This document shows positions 29,324 to 39,601 of a stretch of 64,000 nt of DNA, in pieces. The stretch covers positions 60,391 through 124,390 of the forward strand of contig CAVXGQ010000005.1 of NCBI GenBank assembly GCA_963761425.1, written 5' to 3'. The stretch is from an uncultured Acidimicrobiaceae bacterium (GTDB taxonomy: Bacteria > Actinomycetota > Acidimicrobiia > Acidimicrobiales > Bog-793). How positions within the stretch are numbered: the stretch's first letter is position 1; every line of letters starts with the position of its first letter. The notes under the pieces are model-generated. The model did not search any database, was not told where the DNA came from, and saw nothing but the letters and a program-made list of their open reading frames with translations. The translations under genes and the position numbers were made by a program.

Positions 29324-31030
29324 GTGAGACCGCTGCGACTCGCCACCCGGGGCAGCCCGCTCGCCCTGGAACAGGCCCGGCGGATGCAAGCCCGCCTGGC
29401 GGCGGTGGACCCGGGTCTGGCGACCGAGCTCGTGGTGGTGGCCTCCCGGGGCGACCTGCGGCCGAAGACCGCCATCCACACCCTCGGCGGAACCGGGGTG
29501 TTCGTCGCGGAAGTGGAACGGGCGGTGCTGGCGGGGGAGGCCGATGTCGCGGTCCATTCCTTAAAGGACCTTCCGTCGTCGGCCCCGCCGGCGGGACTGG
29601 TCCTGGCCGCGACGCCCGAACGTCTGGATCCCCGCGACGCCCTCGTCGGCCGGAGGCTCGAAGAGCTCGCCCCGGGGGCCATCGTCGCGACGGGCGCGGT
29701 CCGGCGGCGGGCCCAGCTGGCGTGGTTGCGTCCGGATCTCTGTTTCAGCGAACTGCGCGGCGCGGTCGGCACGCGCCTTAGCCGGGTGCCGCCGGGAGGA
29801 GCCATCGTCGTCGCCGTGGCGGCCCTCGAACGTCTCGGGCTCACCGACCGGGTCGCCGAGATCCTCGAGACCGCGGTGATGGTTCCCCAGGTCGGCCAAG
29901 GCGCCCTCGGGTTGCGCTGTCGGGAGGACGACGCCGGGACCATCGAGCTGCTGGCGGCGATCGACGACGCCGCCGTGGCGCGGGCGACCGCGGCCGAGCG
30001 GGCCTTTCTCGGCCGGCTCGGGGGCGGCTGCGACGTGCCGGTTGGCGCCCACGCCAGCTGCGATTCGGCGACGGGGCCCCTGCGGATCGACGGCTTCATC
30101 GCCAGCGAGGACGGGCACCGGCTGGTTCGCGGGGAAATGCGGGGTGACGACCCGGCCCTCCTCGGCACCGCGCTCGCCGAACGACTCCTCGGGGCCGAGG
30201 GCGGCCAGTCCCTCCTCGGTGCACTCGTCGGCACGTCCGCCTCTCGAGGCGCCTCCCGACGGCCGCTTGCGGGGTGGCGCATCGTCGTCACCCGGCCGGC
30301 CGCCCAGGCGGCGCCGCTCGTGGCGGCTTTGGTGGACCAGGGGGCGGAGGTGGTCGAGCTGGCGACCATTTCCATTGCGGACCCGGCCGACGGGGGCGCG
30401 GCGCTGCGGGCCGCGGCTGGCCGGCTCGACCAGTTCGCCTGGGTGGTGTTCACCTCGGAGAACGCGGTGGCCCGCTTCGTCAGCGCGGTCGGTGACCTCC
30501 GGGCACTCGGCGGCGTCCGGGTGGCGGCGATCGGCGTCGGCACCGCGCAGGCCCTGCGGAGCCGGGGGATCGAGGTTGATCTGGTGCCCCGGCGCTTCGT
30601 CGGCGAGGCGCTCATCGAGGAGTTCCCACCCGCCATCCCGGGAGGCCGGGTCCTGCTGCCCCGGGCGGCGGTCGCCCGCCAGGTCGTTCCCGACGGGCTC
30701 CGGCGTCTCGGCTGGCAGGTCGAGGTGGTGGAGGCGTATCAGACGGCCCCGGCCGCCCCGTCACCGGAGGCCCTGGCCCGGGCCGGGACAGCCGACGCCA
30801 TCACCTTCACCTCGCCTTCGACGGTGGCCGGCTACCGCCACCTCGCCCCGGGCGAGGCGCCAGAGGTGGTGGCGTCGATCGGTCCGGTCACCTCGGCCGC
30901 AGTACAGGCCGCCGGGATGTCGGTCACCGTCGAGGCCGGCGTCCATTCGCTCGACGGGCTCGTCGCGGCGCTGGTCGACTGGGTGAGGGACCATCCCCGC
31001 CCCCCGGCCCGGCCGCGGCGGGGGTCGTAG
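29324..31030 (+). CDS. hemCD: fused hydroxymethylbilane synthase (HemC) / uroporphyrinogen-III synthase (HemD)
   Basis: N-terminal LRLATRGSPLALEQA...RGD...GGTGVFV...HSLKDLP...GGGCDVPVGAH indicates HemC. The C-terminal WRIVVTRPAAQAAPLVAALVDQGAEVVELATI...FTSENAV...ITFTSPSTV indicates HemD. One uninterrupted frame. Confidence 0.85.
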   Translation: MRPLRLATRGSPLALEQARRMQARLAAVDPGLATELVVVASRGDLRPKTAIHTLGGTGVFVAEVERAVLAGEADVAVHSLKDLPSSAPPAGLVLAATPERLDPRDALVGRRLEELAPGAIVATGAVRRRAQLAWLRPDLCFSELRGAVGTRLSRVPPGGAIVVAVAALERLGLTDRVAEILETAVMVPQVGQGALGLRCREDDAGTIELLAAIDDAAVARATAAERAFLGRLGGGCDVPVGAHASCDSATGPLRIDGFIASEDGHRLVRGEMRGDDPALLGTALAERLLGAEGGQSLLGALVGTSASRGASRRPLAGWRIVVTRPAAQAAPLVAALVDQGAEVVELATISIADPADGGAALRAAAGRLDQFAWVVFTSENAVARFVSAVGDLRALGGVRVAAIGVGTAQALRSRGIEVDLVPRRFVGEALIEEFPPAIPGGRVLLPRAAVARQVVPDGLRRLGWQVEVVEAYQTAPAAPSPEALARAGTADAITFTSPSTVAGYRHLAPGEAPEVVASIGPVTSAAVQAAGMSVTVEAGVHSLDGLVAALVDWVRDHPRPPARPRRGS

Positions 31031-31040
31031 GCTGGACGCG

Positions 31041-32057
31041 ATGTCGCCGCTCGGAGCCTCCTTCGAGGGGGCGGGTTTTCCCGACCGAAGGCTTCGCCGG
31101 CTCCGCCGCACCCCGGCGCTGCGCCGGCTCGTCGCCGAGACCCGGGTTTCGGTCGACGACCTCGTCGCGCCGGTGTTCGTGCGGGAAGGCATCGACGATC
31201 CGGTCCCGATCGTCACCCTCCCCGGGTTGGTCCAGCACACGGTGGACTCCCTGGTGGCCGAGGCCCGCGCGCTTATCGAGCTCGGCATTCCGGCGCTCAT
31301 CGTCTTCGGCGTCCCGGCGACGAAGGACCCGGTCGGCACGGCGGCCTCGGCCCCCGACGGCATCGTCCAGGTCGCCCTGCGGGCGCTCAAAGAGGCGGTC
31401 GGCGACGAACTCGTCCTCATCGCCGACTGCTGCCTCGACGAGTACACCGATCACGGCCACTGCGGCGTCCTCGATCGGCGCGGTCGGGTCGACAACGACG
31501 CCACCATCCTTCGCTACGGGGAGGTGGCGGTGGCGCAGGCCGACGCCGGCGCTGATGTCGTGGCACCGAGCGGGATGATGGACGGTCAGGTCGGCGCCAT
31601 CCGGGCGGCCCTCGACGAGGCGGGACACGCCGAGACCGCCATCCTCGCCTACGCGGCGAAGTACGCCTCCGCCCTGTACGGGCCCTTCCGGGAGGCGGTC
31701 GACGTCACGATCGCCGGCGGCGGCGACCGGCGCGACTACCAGCAGGACCCGCCGAATCGCCGTGAGGCGCTCGCCGAGGTGCGGCTCGACCTCGTCGAGG
31801 GCGCCGATGCCGTCATGGTGAAGCCGGCCTTGCACTACCTCGACGTCGTGGCCGAGGTGCGCCGGCGAGTCGAGGTGCCCGTGGCGGCGTACCACGTGAG
31901 CGGGGAGTACGCGATGCTCGCCGCGGCCGCCGAGCTCGGCGTGATCGACCGGGAGGCGATGGTGCGCGAGACGCTGGTGGCGATCAAGCGGGCCGGCGCG
32001 GACTTCATCCTCACTTACCTCGCCAAGCAGGCTGCCCCGTTGCTGGGCGGCCGGTAG
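31041..32057 (+). CDS. hemB: porphobilinogen synthase (delta-aminolevulinate dehydratase)
   Basis: RLRRLRRTPALRRLVAETRVSVDDLVAPVFV, APSGMMDGQV, VKPALHYLD, AYHVSGEYAM. Confidence 0.95.
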   Translation: MSPLGASFEGAGFPDRRLRRLRRTPALRRLVAETRVSVDDLVAPVFVREGIDDPVPIVTLPGLVQHTVDSLVAEARALIELGIPALIVFGVPATKDPVGTAASAPDGIVQVALRALKEAVGDELVLIADCCLDEYTDHGHCGVLDRRGRVDNDATILRYGEVAVAQADAGADVVAPSGMMDGQVGAIRAALDEAGHAETAILAYAAKYASALYGPFREAVDVTIAGGGDRRDYQQDPPNRREALAEVRLDLVEGADAVMVKPALHYLDVVAEVRRRVEVPVAAYHVSGEYAMLAAAAELGVIDREAMVRETLVAIKRAGADFILTYLAKQAAPLLGGR

Positions 32058-32061
32058 CGCG

Positions 32062-33336
<1,275 letters not shown>

Positions 33337-33343
33337 CGACGGG

Positions 33344-34599
33344 TCAGCCGGTGGTCTGGGCGAGGCGCGCCAGCGCCCCGTAGACCAGTTCGGCCGGGCC
33401 GACCTGGTCGGCGCGCATCAGATTCGACATCATCCGCAGCAGCCACTCCATGAAGGTGCGGGAGTGCATGCCGGTGCCGACGAGCGCCCGCATGACCTGC
33501 GGGCGGCCCATCATCCGCATGAAGGCGTTGGCGGTCTCAAAGTACCGGCCGTAGTTGTCGGTGAGCTTTTTCTCGTAGCCCGCCAACAGGTTGTTGTCGT
33601 TGGCGGCGATCGCTTCGGCGGCGAAGGAGGCGGCGATGCGCCCGGTCTCGTAGCCGTAGGCGATCCCCTCGCCGTTGAAGGGGTTGATGGCTCCGCCGGC
33701 GTCGCCGACCAGGAGGAAGTCGGGGCCCTGGCGGGGGCCGACCGATAGCCCCATCGGCAGGCGCCCCCCGCTCGGCTCGCCGAGGGCGCTCGCCCGTTCC
33801 AGGCACCACGAAGCCGGGGCGTGGGCGACGAAGGCCTCCCAGAGCCGGGTCGTGTTCATCGACTTCCAGCGGTCGAAGCTCGACACGATCCCCACGCCGA
33901 CGTTGACGCGACCGTCGCCGAGCGGGAAGACCCAGCCGTAACCGGGTATCACCGCGCCCGTCTCGTCCCGCAGGTCGAGGTGGGACTCGATCCAGGTCTC
34001 GTCGTGGCGGGGCGAGGCGAAGTAGCCGCGTATCGCCATCCCCTGGGGGATGCTGCGGTCGCGCGAGGCGCCGAGGGCCCGGCCGAAGCGGGAGTTCGCC
34101 CCGTCGGCGACGATGACGACCCGGGCGCGGATCTCGACGTTCGCCCCCGTGGCGTGCTCCTTCACGACCGCACCGAGCGCCGGGCCACCCGAGGCCGCCT
34201 CGACGCCGAGCGGGGCGAGCGCTTCGCAACCCTCGAGAAAGGCCGCTCCCGCCTTCTCGGCGCGGCGCGCCACCAGCGCGTCGAGTTCGGCCCGGGCGAC
34301 GACGTAGCCGTGGTCCCCGAAGTCCGGGTGCTTCGGCCAGTGCAGGAGGAGCTCCCGCCCGTAGGCCAGCGCCCGTAGACCTTCGATGCGGTGGCAACGG
34401 CGGAGGTCGTCACCGAGACCCATGTCCTCGAGCTGGCGCACCGCGCGGGGGTGAGCCCGTCGCCGCAAGTCTTTTCCCGTGGGAAGTGCTTCTTTTCCAC
34501 CACGACGACGTCGAACCCCGCCTCCGCCAGCCAGTAGGCGGCGGCCGAACCCGAGGGTCCCCCTCCGATCACGAGCACCTCGCAGGCGGGGGGAATCAC
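33344..34599 (-). pseudogene. geranylgeranyl reductase family FAD oxidoreductase (MenJ-like), interrupted by a 1-nt frameshift
   Basis: The N-terminal VIPPACEVLVIGGGPSGSAAAYWLAEAGFDVVVVEKKHFPREKTCGDGLTP is in the frame of ORF 34162..35775. The continuation RAVRQLEDMGLGDDL... is in the frame of ORF 33344..34468. The junction lies at a G5 run, 34447-34451 (+ strand). It could be a sequencing error rather than a true pseudogene. Confidence 0.75.
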
Positions 34600-34673
34600 C
34601 AGTGCCAGCGCGGACGCGCGCTCGTCGGCAGCACCTGGCACGCCAGGAGCGTACCGGCCGCCCCCTCGTCTTG

Positions 34674-34701
34674 TCGCGACCCGTAGGGAAGCGGGTCGCG
34701 A
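34674..34701. promoter_or_regulatory. perfect inverted repeat in the divergent MenJ-like/nuoA intergenic region
   Basis: TCGCGACCCG - 8 nt - CGGGTCGCGA, about 45 bp upstream of the nuoA start. Candidate operator or RNA hairpin. Confidence 0.35.
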
Positions 34702-34743
34702 ACGTGCCGGTGCCGGCCTGTCGTGGTAAAACCGCAGGGCGCC

Positions 34744-35199
34744 ATGGGAAGCCTCGACAGCTACCTGCCGATCTTTGTGCTGCTCGTGCTGGGGGTCCTC
34801 TTCGCGGCCCTGTCGGTAGCCGCCTCGCGACTGCTCGCGCCCTACCGCCCGAATGCCGCGAAACAAGCCCCTTACGAGTGCGGCATCGTGCCGACCTACG
34901 AGCCCCCGCAACGCTTCCCGGTGCGCTTCTATCTCATCGCGATGATCTTCATCATCTTCGACATCGAGATCATCTTCCTGTTCCCGTGGGCGGTCATCTA
35001 CGGCCAGCTCGGGCGGTTCGGCCTCGTCGAGGTGCTGGTGTTCGCGGGGGCGGTGTTCTTCTCGTTCATCTATCTCGTCGCCAACGGGGCCCTCGACTGG
35101 GGTCCGGTGCGACGGTCCCGGCCGGTCCGGGAGGCCTCGGGGCGCACGACCGAGTCGACGGTACGCCGGGTCGGTTCGGCGGGCGGGAAGGCGGCGTAG
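34744..35199 (+). CDS. nuoA: NADH-quinone oxidoreductase subunit A
   Basis: MGSLDSYLPIFVLLVLGVLFA...PYECG...RFYLIAMIFIIFDIEIIFLFPWA. Confidence 0.9.
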   Translation: MGSLDSYLPIFVLLVLGVLFAALSVAASRLLAPYRPNAAKQAPYECGIVPTYEPPQRFPVRFYLIAMIFIIFDIEIIFLFPWAVIYGQLGRFGLVEVLVFAGAVFFSFIYLVANGALDWGPVRRSRPVREASGRTTESTVRRVGSAGGKAA

Positions 35200-35793
35200 G
35201 TGCCGGCCTGGGAGCCCTGGCAGGGACTCGAGTCGCTCAACCGCAACTTTCTCACCGGCAAGCTCGAGGATTTCGTGCGGTGGTCGCGACACCGCTCGAT
35301 GTGGCCGGCGACGTTCGGCCTGGCGTGCTGCGCGATCGAGATGATGGCCGCCGGCGGCGCCGAGTACGACATCTCCCGGTTCGGGATGGAGGTGTTCCGG
35401 TCGTCGCCGCGGCAGGCGGACCTGATGATCGTGGCTGGCCGGGTGTCCCAGAAGATGGCGCCGGTGCTGCGCCAGGTCTACGACCAGATGGTCGAGCCGA
35501 AATGGGTGATCTCGATGGGGGTGTGCGCCTCGACCGGCGGGATGTTCAACAACTACGCCATCGTCCAGGGCGTCGACGAGATCGTTCCGGTCGACGTCTA
35601 CGCGCCGGGCTGCCCGCCGAGCCCCAACACCTTGCTGCACGCCATCCTCACCCTGCACGAGAAGGTCCGTACCGGAGAGATCCTGCGCCGGCGCCAAGTT
35701 TCCGGGGCGGGCGCCGGCGTCGATCTCGAGACGGAGGTGCCGGGCTGGACCCAGCCGCTCGCCACCCCGGTCCACCTCGGGACGCCGCGTTGA
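35200..35793 (+). CDS. nuoB: NADH-quinone oxidoreductase subunit B
   Basis: [32 protein letters not shown] (N2 cluster cysteines). Confidence 0.95.
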   Translation: MPAWEPWQGLESLNRNFLTGKLEDFVRWSRHRSMWPATFGLACCAIEMMAAGGAEYDISRFGMEVFRSSPRQADLMIVAGRVSQKMAPVLRQVYDQMVEPKWVISMGVCASTGGMFNNYAIVQGVDEIVPVDVYAPGCPPSPNTLLHAILTLHEKVRTGEILRRRQVSGAGAGVDLETEVPGWTQPLATPVHLGTPR

Positions 35794-36299
35794 TGGTTTC
35801 GCCGGGGTCGCTGGACCGGCGGGTGCCGGAGCTCGAGGAGGTGCCGTCGGCCGACTCGTCGGGCGACGAGGTGTTCTTCCCGCCCCGCCCGCGCTACCTC
35901 GAGGTGGCCACGGCGCTGCGCCGGGCGGGCTTCGTCACCTGTAGTGACCTCTGCGCCGTCGACTACCTCACCCACCCCGGCCGCCAGCTCCCGGCGGGGG
36001 TGCGACCGGAGCGGTTCGAGGTGGTCGTGAACCTGCTTTCGCACACCGAGGCGCGTCGGGTCCGGTTGCGGGTGATGGTCCCGGAGGACGACCCGGTGTG
36101 TCCCAGCTTGTTCTTCGTCTACCCCGGGACCGAGAACATGGAGCGCGAGGCCTACGACCTGTTCGGAATCACCTTCTCGGGGAACCCGGACCCCAGCCGG
36201 ATCCTCATGCCCCAGGACTGGGAGGGACACCCGTTGCGCCGGGACTACAGCGTCGGGCGGGTGCCGGTCCAGTTCAAAGGGGCACCCGGCCCACGGTGA
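35793..36299 (+). CDS. nuoC: NADH-quinone oxidoreductase subunit C
   Basis: ATG 35793 overlaps the nuoB stop. ERFEVVVNLLS...NMEREAYDLFGITFSGNPD...RILMPQDWEGHPLRRDY. The upstream part of ORF 34479..36299 is shadow. Confidence 0.9.
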   Translation: MVSPGSLDRRVPELEEVPSADSSGDEVFFPPRPRYLEVATALRRAGFVTCSDLCAVDYLTHPGRQLPAGVRPERFEVVVNLLSHTEARRVRLRVMVPEDDPVCPSLFFVYPGTENMEREAYDLFGITFSGNPDPSRILMPQDWEGHPLRRDYSVGRVPVQFKGAPGPR

Positions 36300-37687
36300 G
36301 CGACGAGCACCCCGACGTGCGACCGGGCGGCGATCCGGGGACGGCTGACTCTCGCGATGACGCCACCACCTGGCGCGTCGCTGAGACCGACGAGGGGCCC
36401 CAGGAGCTCGTCCCCGCCGACCGGACCGGACCGGTCGAGCTCCTCATCGAGCAGGGCGGCGTGCTCCGCCTCCCGGAGTCGGCCGCCCTCGACCCGGACG
36501 CCGCCGACGCGGCCTTCGGGTCCGGCGAGACGATGATCCTCAACCTCGGGCCGCAGCACCCTTCGACCCACGGTGTGCTGCGAATGATGGTCGAGCTGCA
36601 GGGTGAGACCGTGCTGCGGTCCAAGCCGGTGATCGGCTACCTCCACACCGGCATGGAAAAGACCGGCGAAGAGCTCACCTACGTCCAGGGCGCAACCAAC
36701 GTGACGCGCATGGACTACCTCTCGCCGCTCCACAACGAGCTCGTCTACTCCCTGGCGGTGGAGAAGCTCCTCGGGGTCGAGATCCCCCCGCGCGCCACTT
36801 GGATCCGCATGCTCATGTGCGAGCTCAACCGGATCTCGTCCCACGTCATGTGGGCGGCGACCAACGGCATGGACCTTGCCTCGACGACGATGATGATCTT
36901 CGGGCTGCGCGAGCGCGACCTCGTGCTTCAGTTCTTCGAGAAGGTCACCGGGCTCCGGATGAACCACAACTACATCCGACCCGGTGGCGTCGCCGCCGAC
37001 TTGCCCGACGGATGGGAAGACGACGTCGAGGCGGTCGTCGACACGGTCGGTGCCCGGCTCCGCGACTACGACAACCTCCTCACCGGGCAGCCCATCTTTC
37101 GCGAGCGGACCGAGGGGGTCGGGGTCGCCAGCTCGGAGCTGTTGCTCGCCCTCTCGGTCACCGGGCCGATCCTGCGAGCCGCGGGCGTCCCCTGGGACCT
37201 GCGGCGGGCGATGCCCTACCTCGCCTACGACGAGGTCGACTTCGACGTCATCGTCGGCACCTCCGGGGACTGCTTCGACCGCTACGCGGTGCGCCTCAAC
37301 GAGGTGCGGGAGTCGATCCGGATCGTCCGCCAGATCCTGGAGAAGATGCCGTCGGGCGACTACCGGACCCAGGACAAGAAGGTGACGCCCCCACCGCGCG
37401 CTCGAATCGACGAGTCGATGGAGGCGCTGATCCACCACTTCAAGCTGTTCACCCGCGGCATCGAGCCTCCCGAGGGCGAGGTCTACGTGGCGGTGGAGTC
37501 ACCGCGCGGTGAGCTCGGTTGCTACCTGGTTTCCGACGGGTCGAATCGGCCGATGCGGATGCACATCCGGGCCCCGAGCTTCGTCAACCTTCAGGCGGTG
37601 CCGGCACTGCTCAGAGGCGGCCTGGTCGCCGACCTGGTCGCCATCCTGTCCTCGGTCGACCCGGTGCTCGGCGAGGTCGACCGGTGA
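36296..37687 (+). CDS. nuoD: NADH-quinone oxidoreductase subunit D
   Basis: GTG 36296 overlaps the nuoC stop. MILNLGPQHPSTHGVLRM, GYLHTGMEK, RMNHNYIRPGGV, ESPRGELG. Confidence 0.95.
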   Translation: MSDEHPDVRPGGDPGTADSRDDATTWRVAETDEGPQELVPADRTGPVELLIEQGGVLRLPESAALDPDAADAAFGSGETMILNLGPQHPSTHGVLRMMVELQGETVLRSKPVIGYLHTGMEKTGEELTYVQGATNVTRMDYLSPLHNELVYSLAVEKLLGVEIPPRATWIRMLMCELNRISSHVMWAATNGMDLASTTMMIFGLRERDLVLQFFEKVTGLRMNHNYIRPGGVAADLPDGWEDDVEAVVDTVGARLRDYDNLLTGQPIFRERTEGVGVASSELLLALSVTGPILRAAGVPWDLRRAMPYLAYDEVDFDVIVGTSGDCFDRYAVRLNEVRESIRIVRQILEKMPSGDYRTQDKKVTPPPRARIDESMEALIHHFKLFTRGIEPPEGEVYVAVESPRGELGCYLVSDGSNRPMRMHIRAPSFVNLQAVPALLRGGLVADLVAILSSVDPVLGEVDR

Positions 37688-38265
37688 CGGCCTACTTCAC
37701 CGAGGACAACCGTGCCCGAGCCGAGGCGCTGGTCGGGCTGTACCCGCAGCCGCGCTCGGCCCTCATCCCGCTGTGCCACCTCGCCCAGTCCCAGGACGGA
37801 TGGCTGTGCGCGGAGGCGATGGAGGAGATCGCCGAACTCTGCGGCGTCACCCCGGCGGACGTCTATGGCACCGCCACCTTCTACGACATGCTCCACACCG
37901 AACCGGTCGGCCGGCACGTCATCTCGATCTGCACCAACATCGCCTGTTTACTGGCCGGGGCGTACGAACTCGTCGAGCACGCCGAGGAGCGGCTGGGCAT
38001 CCGCTGCGGGCAGACCACCGAGGACGGCGAGTTCACCCTGGAGGAGGCGGAGTGCCTCGCCGGCTGCGACGCCGCACCCTGCGTGCAGGTGAACCACCGC
38101 TTCGTGGAGGCGGCTGACGGAGCCTCGTTCGACGCTCTGATCGCGGATCTCCCGACCGGGGGACGGGCGTCGGAGATCCCCCCTCACGGCGTGCTCTGCC
38201 GGGTGGAGCGCGCCGTCGGCCTGCCGGGGGCCGAGGGGCCGTCCCGTCGGCGGACGAGGGGCTGA
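37684..38265 (+). CDS. nuoE: NADH-quinone oxidoreductase subunit E
   Basis: GTG 37684 overlaps the nuoD stop. ALIPLCHLAQSQDGWL, ISICTNIACLLAG, CLAGCDAAPCVQVN (2Fe-2S cysteines). Confidence 0.9.
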   Translation: MTAYFTEDNRARAEALVGLYPQPRSALIPLCHLAQSQDGWLCAEAMEEIAELCGVTPADVYGTATFYDMLHTEPVGRHVISICTNIACLLAGAYELVEHAEERLGIRCGQTTEDGEFTLEEAECLAGCDAAPCVQVNHRFVEAADGASFDALIADLPTGGRASEIPPHGVLCRVERAVGLPGAEGPSRRRTRG

Positions 38266-38269
38266 CCGC

Positions 38270-39601
38270 ATGCTCACCGACGCGCCGCGCATCGTCACCG
38301 GGCGACTCGGCTACCAGGACTCCTACACCCTCGAGCGCTACCTGGCGACCGGCGGGTACAAGGCGCTGCGCAAGGCGGTGCGGATGAGGCCCGAGGCGGT
38401 GCGTGAGGAGGTGAACCGGGCGAAACTGTTGGGCCGCGGCGGGGCCGGGTTCCCGGCGGGCCGCAAGTGGTCGATGCTCCGCCCGGCGGAGACCACCTAC
38501 CTCGTCGTGAACGGCGACGAGAGCGAACCGGCGACCTTCAAGGACCACTTGCTGATCGAGCGGGACCCCCACCAGATCATCGAGGGGGCGGCCATCGCGG
38601 CCTACGCGGTCGGGGTCCGGCGCGCCTTCATCTACTGCCGCGGGGAGTTCGCGCTCGGGCTCGAACGTCTCACCCAGGCCTGCAACGAGGCCTACGCCTA
38701 CGGCGCGCTCGGGAGAGGGATCTTCGGCTCGCCCTTCTCGCTCGACCTCGTCGTCCACCCGGGCGCGGGCGCCTACATCTGCGGGGAGGAGACCGCCCTC
38801 TTGGAGAGCCTGGAGGGCAAACGCGGCTTCCCGCGTATCAAGCCCCCCTACTTTCCTGCTGCCATCGGTCTTTACGGAGAGCCGACCGTTGTGAACAACG
38901 TCGAGACCATCTCCAGCCTGCCCTGGATCGTCGAGCAGGGCGGTGACGCTTTCGCCGCGCTCGGCGCCGACTCGTCGACCGGCACGCGCCTGTTCGCGTT
39001 GTCCGGTCGGGTCGCCCGGCCCGGCTGGTACGAGCTGGAGCTGTCCAAGACGACCTTCCGTGACCTGATCTTCGCCCCGAGTCTCGGTGGCGGCATCCTC
39101 CGGGGCGGCGAGCTGAAGGCCTTCATCCCCGGCGGGGTCTCGGCGCCGTGGCTCGGCCCGGATCAGCTCGACCTGGGCCTGGATCAGGAGGCGGTGGGGC
39201 GGGCGGGATCGATGCTCGGTTCGGGCTCCGTCGTGGTGCTGGACGAGTCCAGCTGCGTGGTGCGCGCCGCCTGGCGGATCACCCGCTTCTATTACCGGGA
39301 GTCCTGCGGGCAGTGCACCCCCTGCCGGGAGGGCGGCCACTGGCTGGAGAAGATCCTCCGGCGAATGGAGGAGGGTGGGGGCCAGGTCCGCGACCTCGAT
39401 CTTTTGATGGACGTCTGCGACAACCTCGCCCCCGGGGTGAGCTGGCCGCCCGAACAGACGACGATCTGCCCGCTCGGACCCTCGATCCCGTCGTCGATCG
39501 CCTCGGCGATCCGGATGTTCCGCGAGGAATTCGTGGCCCACATCGGCCGCGGCGAATGCCCCCTGGGCCGCGCCGGCGGGCCGCAAGGCGGTGCCCGATG
39601 A
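38270..39601 (+). CDS. nuoF: NADH-quinone oxidoreductase subunit F
   Basis: GRGGAGFPAGRKW (FMN), YLVVNGDESEPATFKD, ESCGQCTPCREG (4Fe-4S). Confidence 0.95.
   Translation: MLTDAPRIVTGRLGYQDSYTLERYLATGGYKALRKAVRMRPEAVREEVNRAKLLGRGGAGFPAGRKWSMLRPAETTYLVVNGDESEPATFKDHLLIERDPHQIIEGAAIAAYAVGVRRAFIYCRGEFALGLERLTQACNEAYAYGALGRGIFGSPFSLDLVVHPGAGAYICGEETALLESLEGKRGFPRIKPPYFPAAIGLYGEPTVVNNVETISSLPWIVEQGGDAFAALGADSSTGTRLFALSGRVARPGWYELELSKTTFRDLIFAPSLGGGILRGGELKAFIPGGVSAPWLGPDQLDLGLDQEAVGRAGSMLGSGSVVVLDESSCVVRAAWRITRFYYRESCGQCTPCREGGHWLEKILRRMEEGGGQVRDLDLLMDVCDNLAPGVSWPPEQTTICPLGPSIPSSIASAIRMFREEFVAHIGRGECPLGRAGGPQGGAR

Noticed and set aside
39148-39597. Upstream extensions of track ORFs. Examples: nuoG from 39148, nuoC from 34479, nuoD from 36098, nuoE from 37519, nuoK from 43693, rex from 26983, sodN to 24405.
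   Set aside because: The extensions overlap the preceding gene in another frame and are not protein-like. Internal ATG/GTG starts that overlap the upstream stop codon (ATGA/GTGA junctions) give proteins of canonical length.
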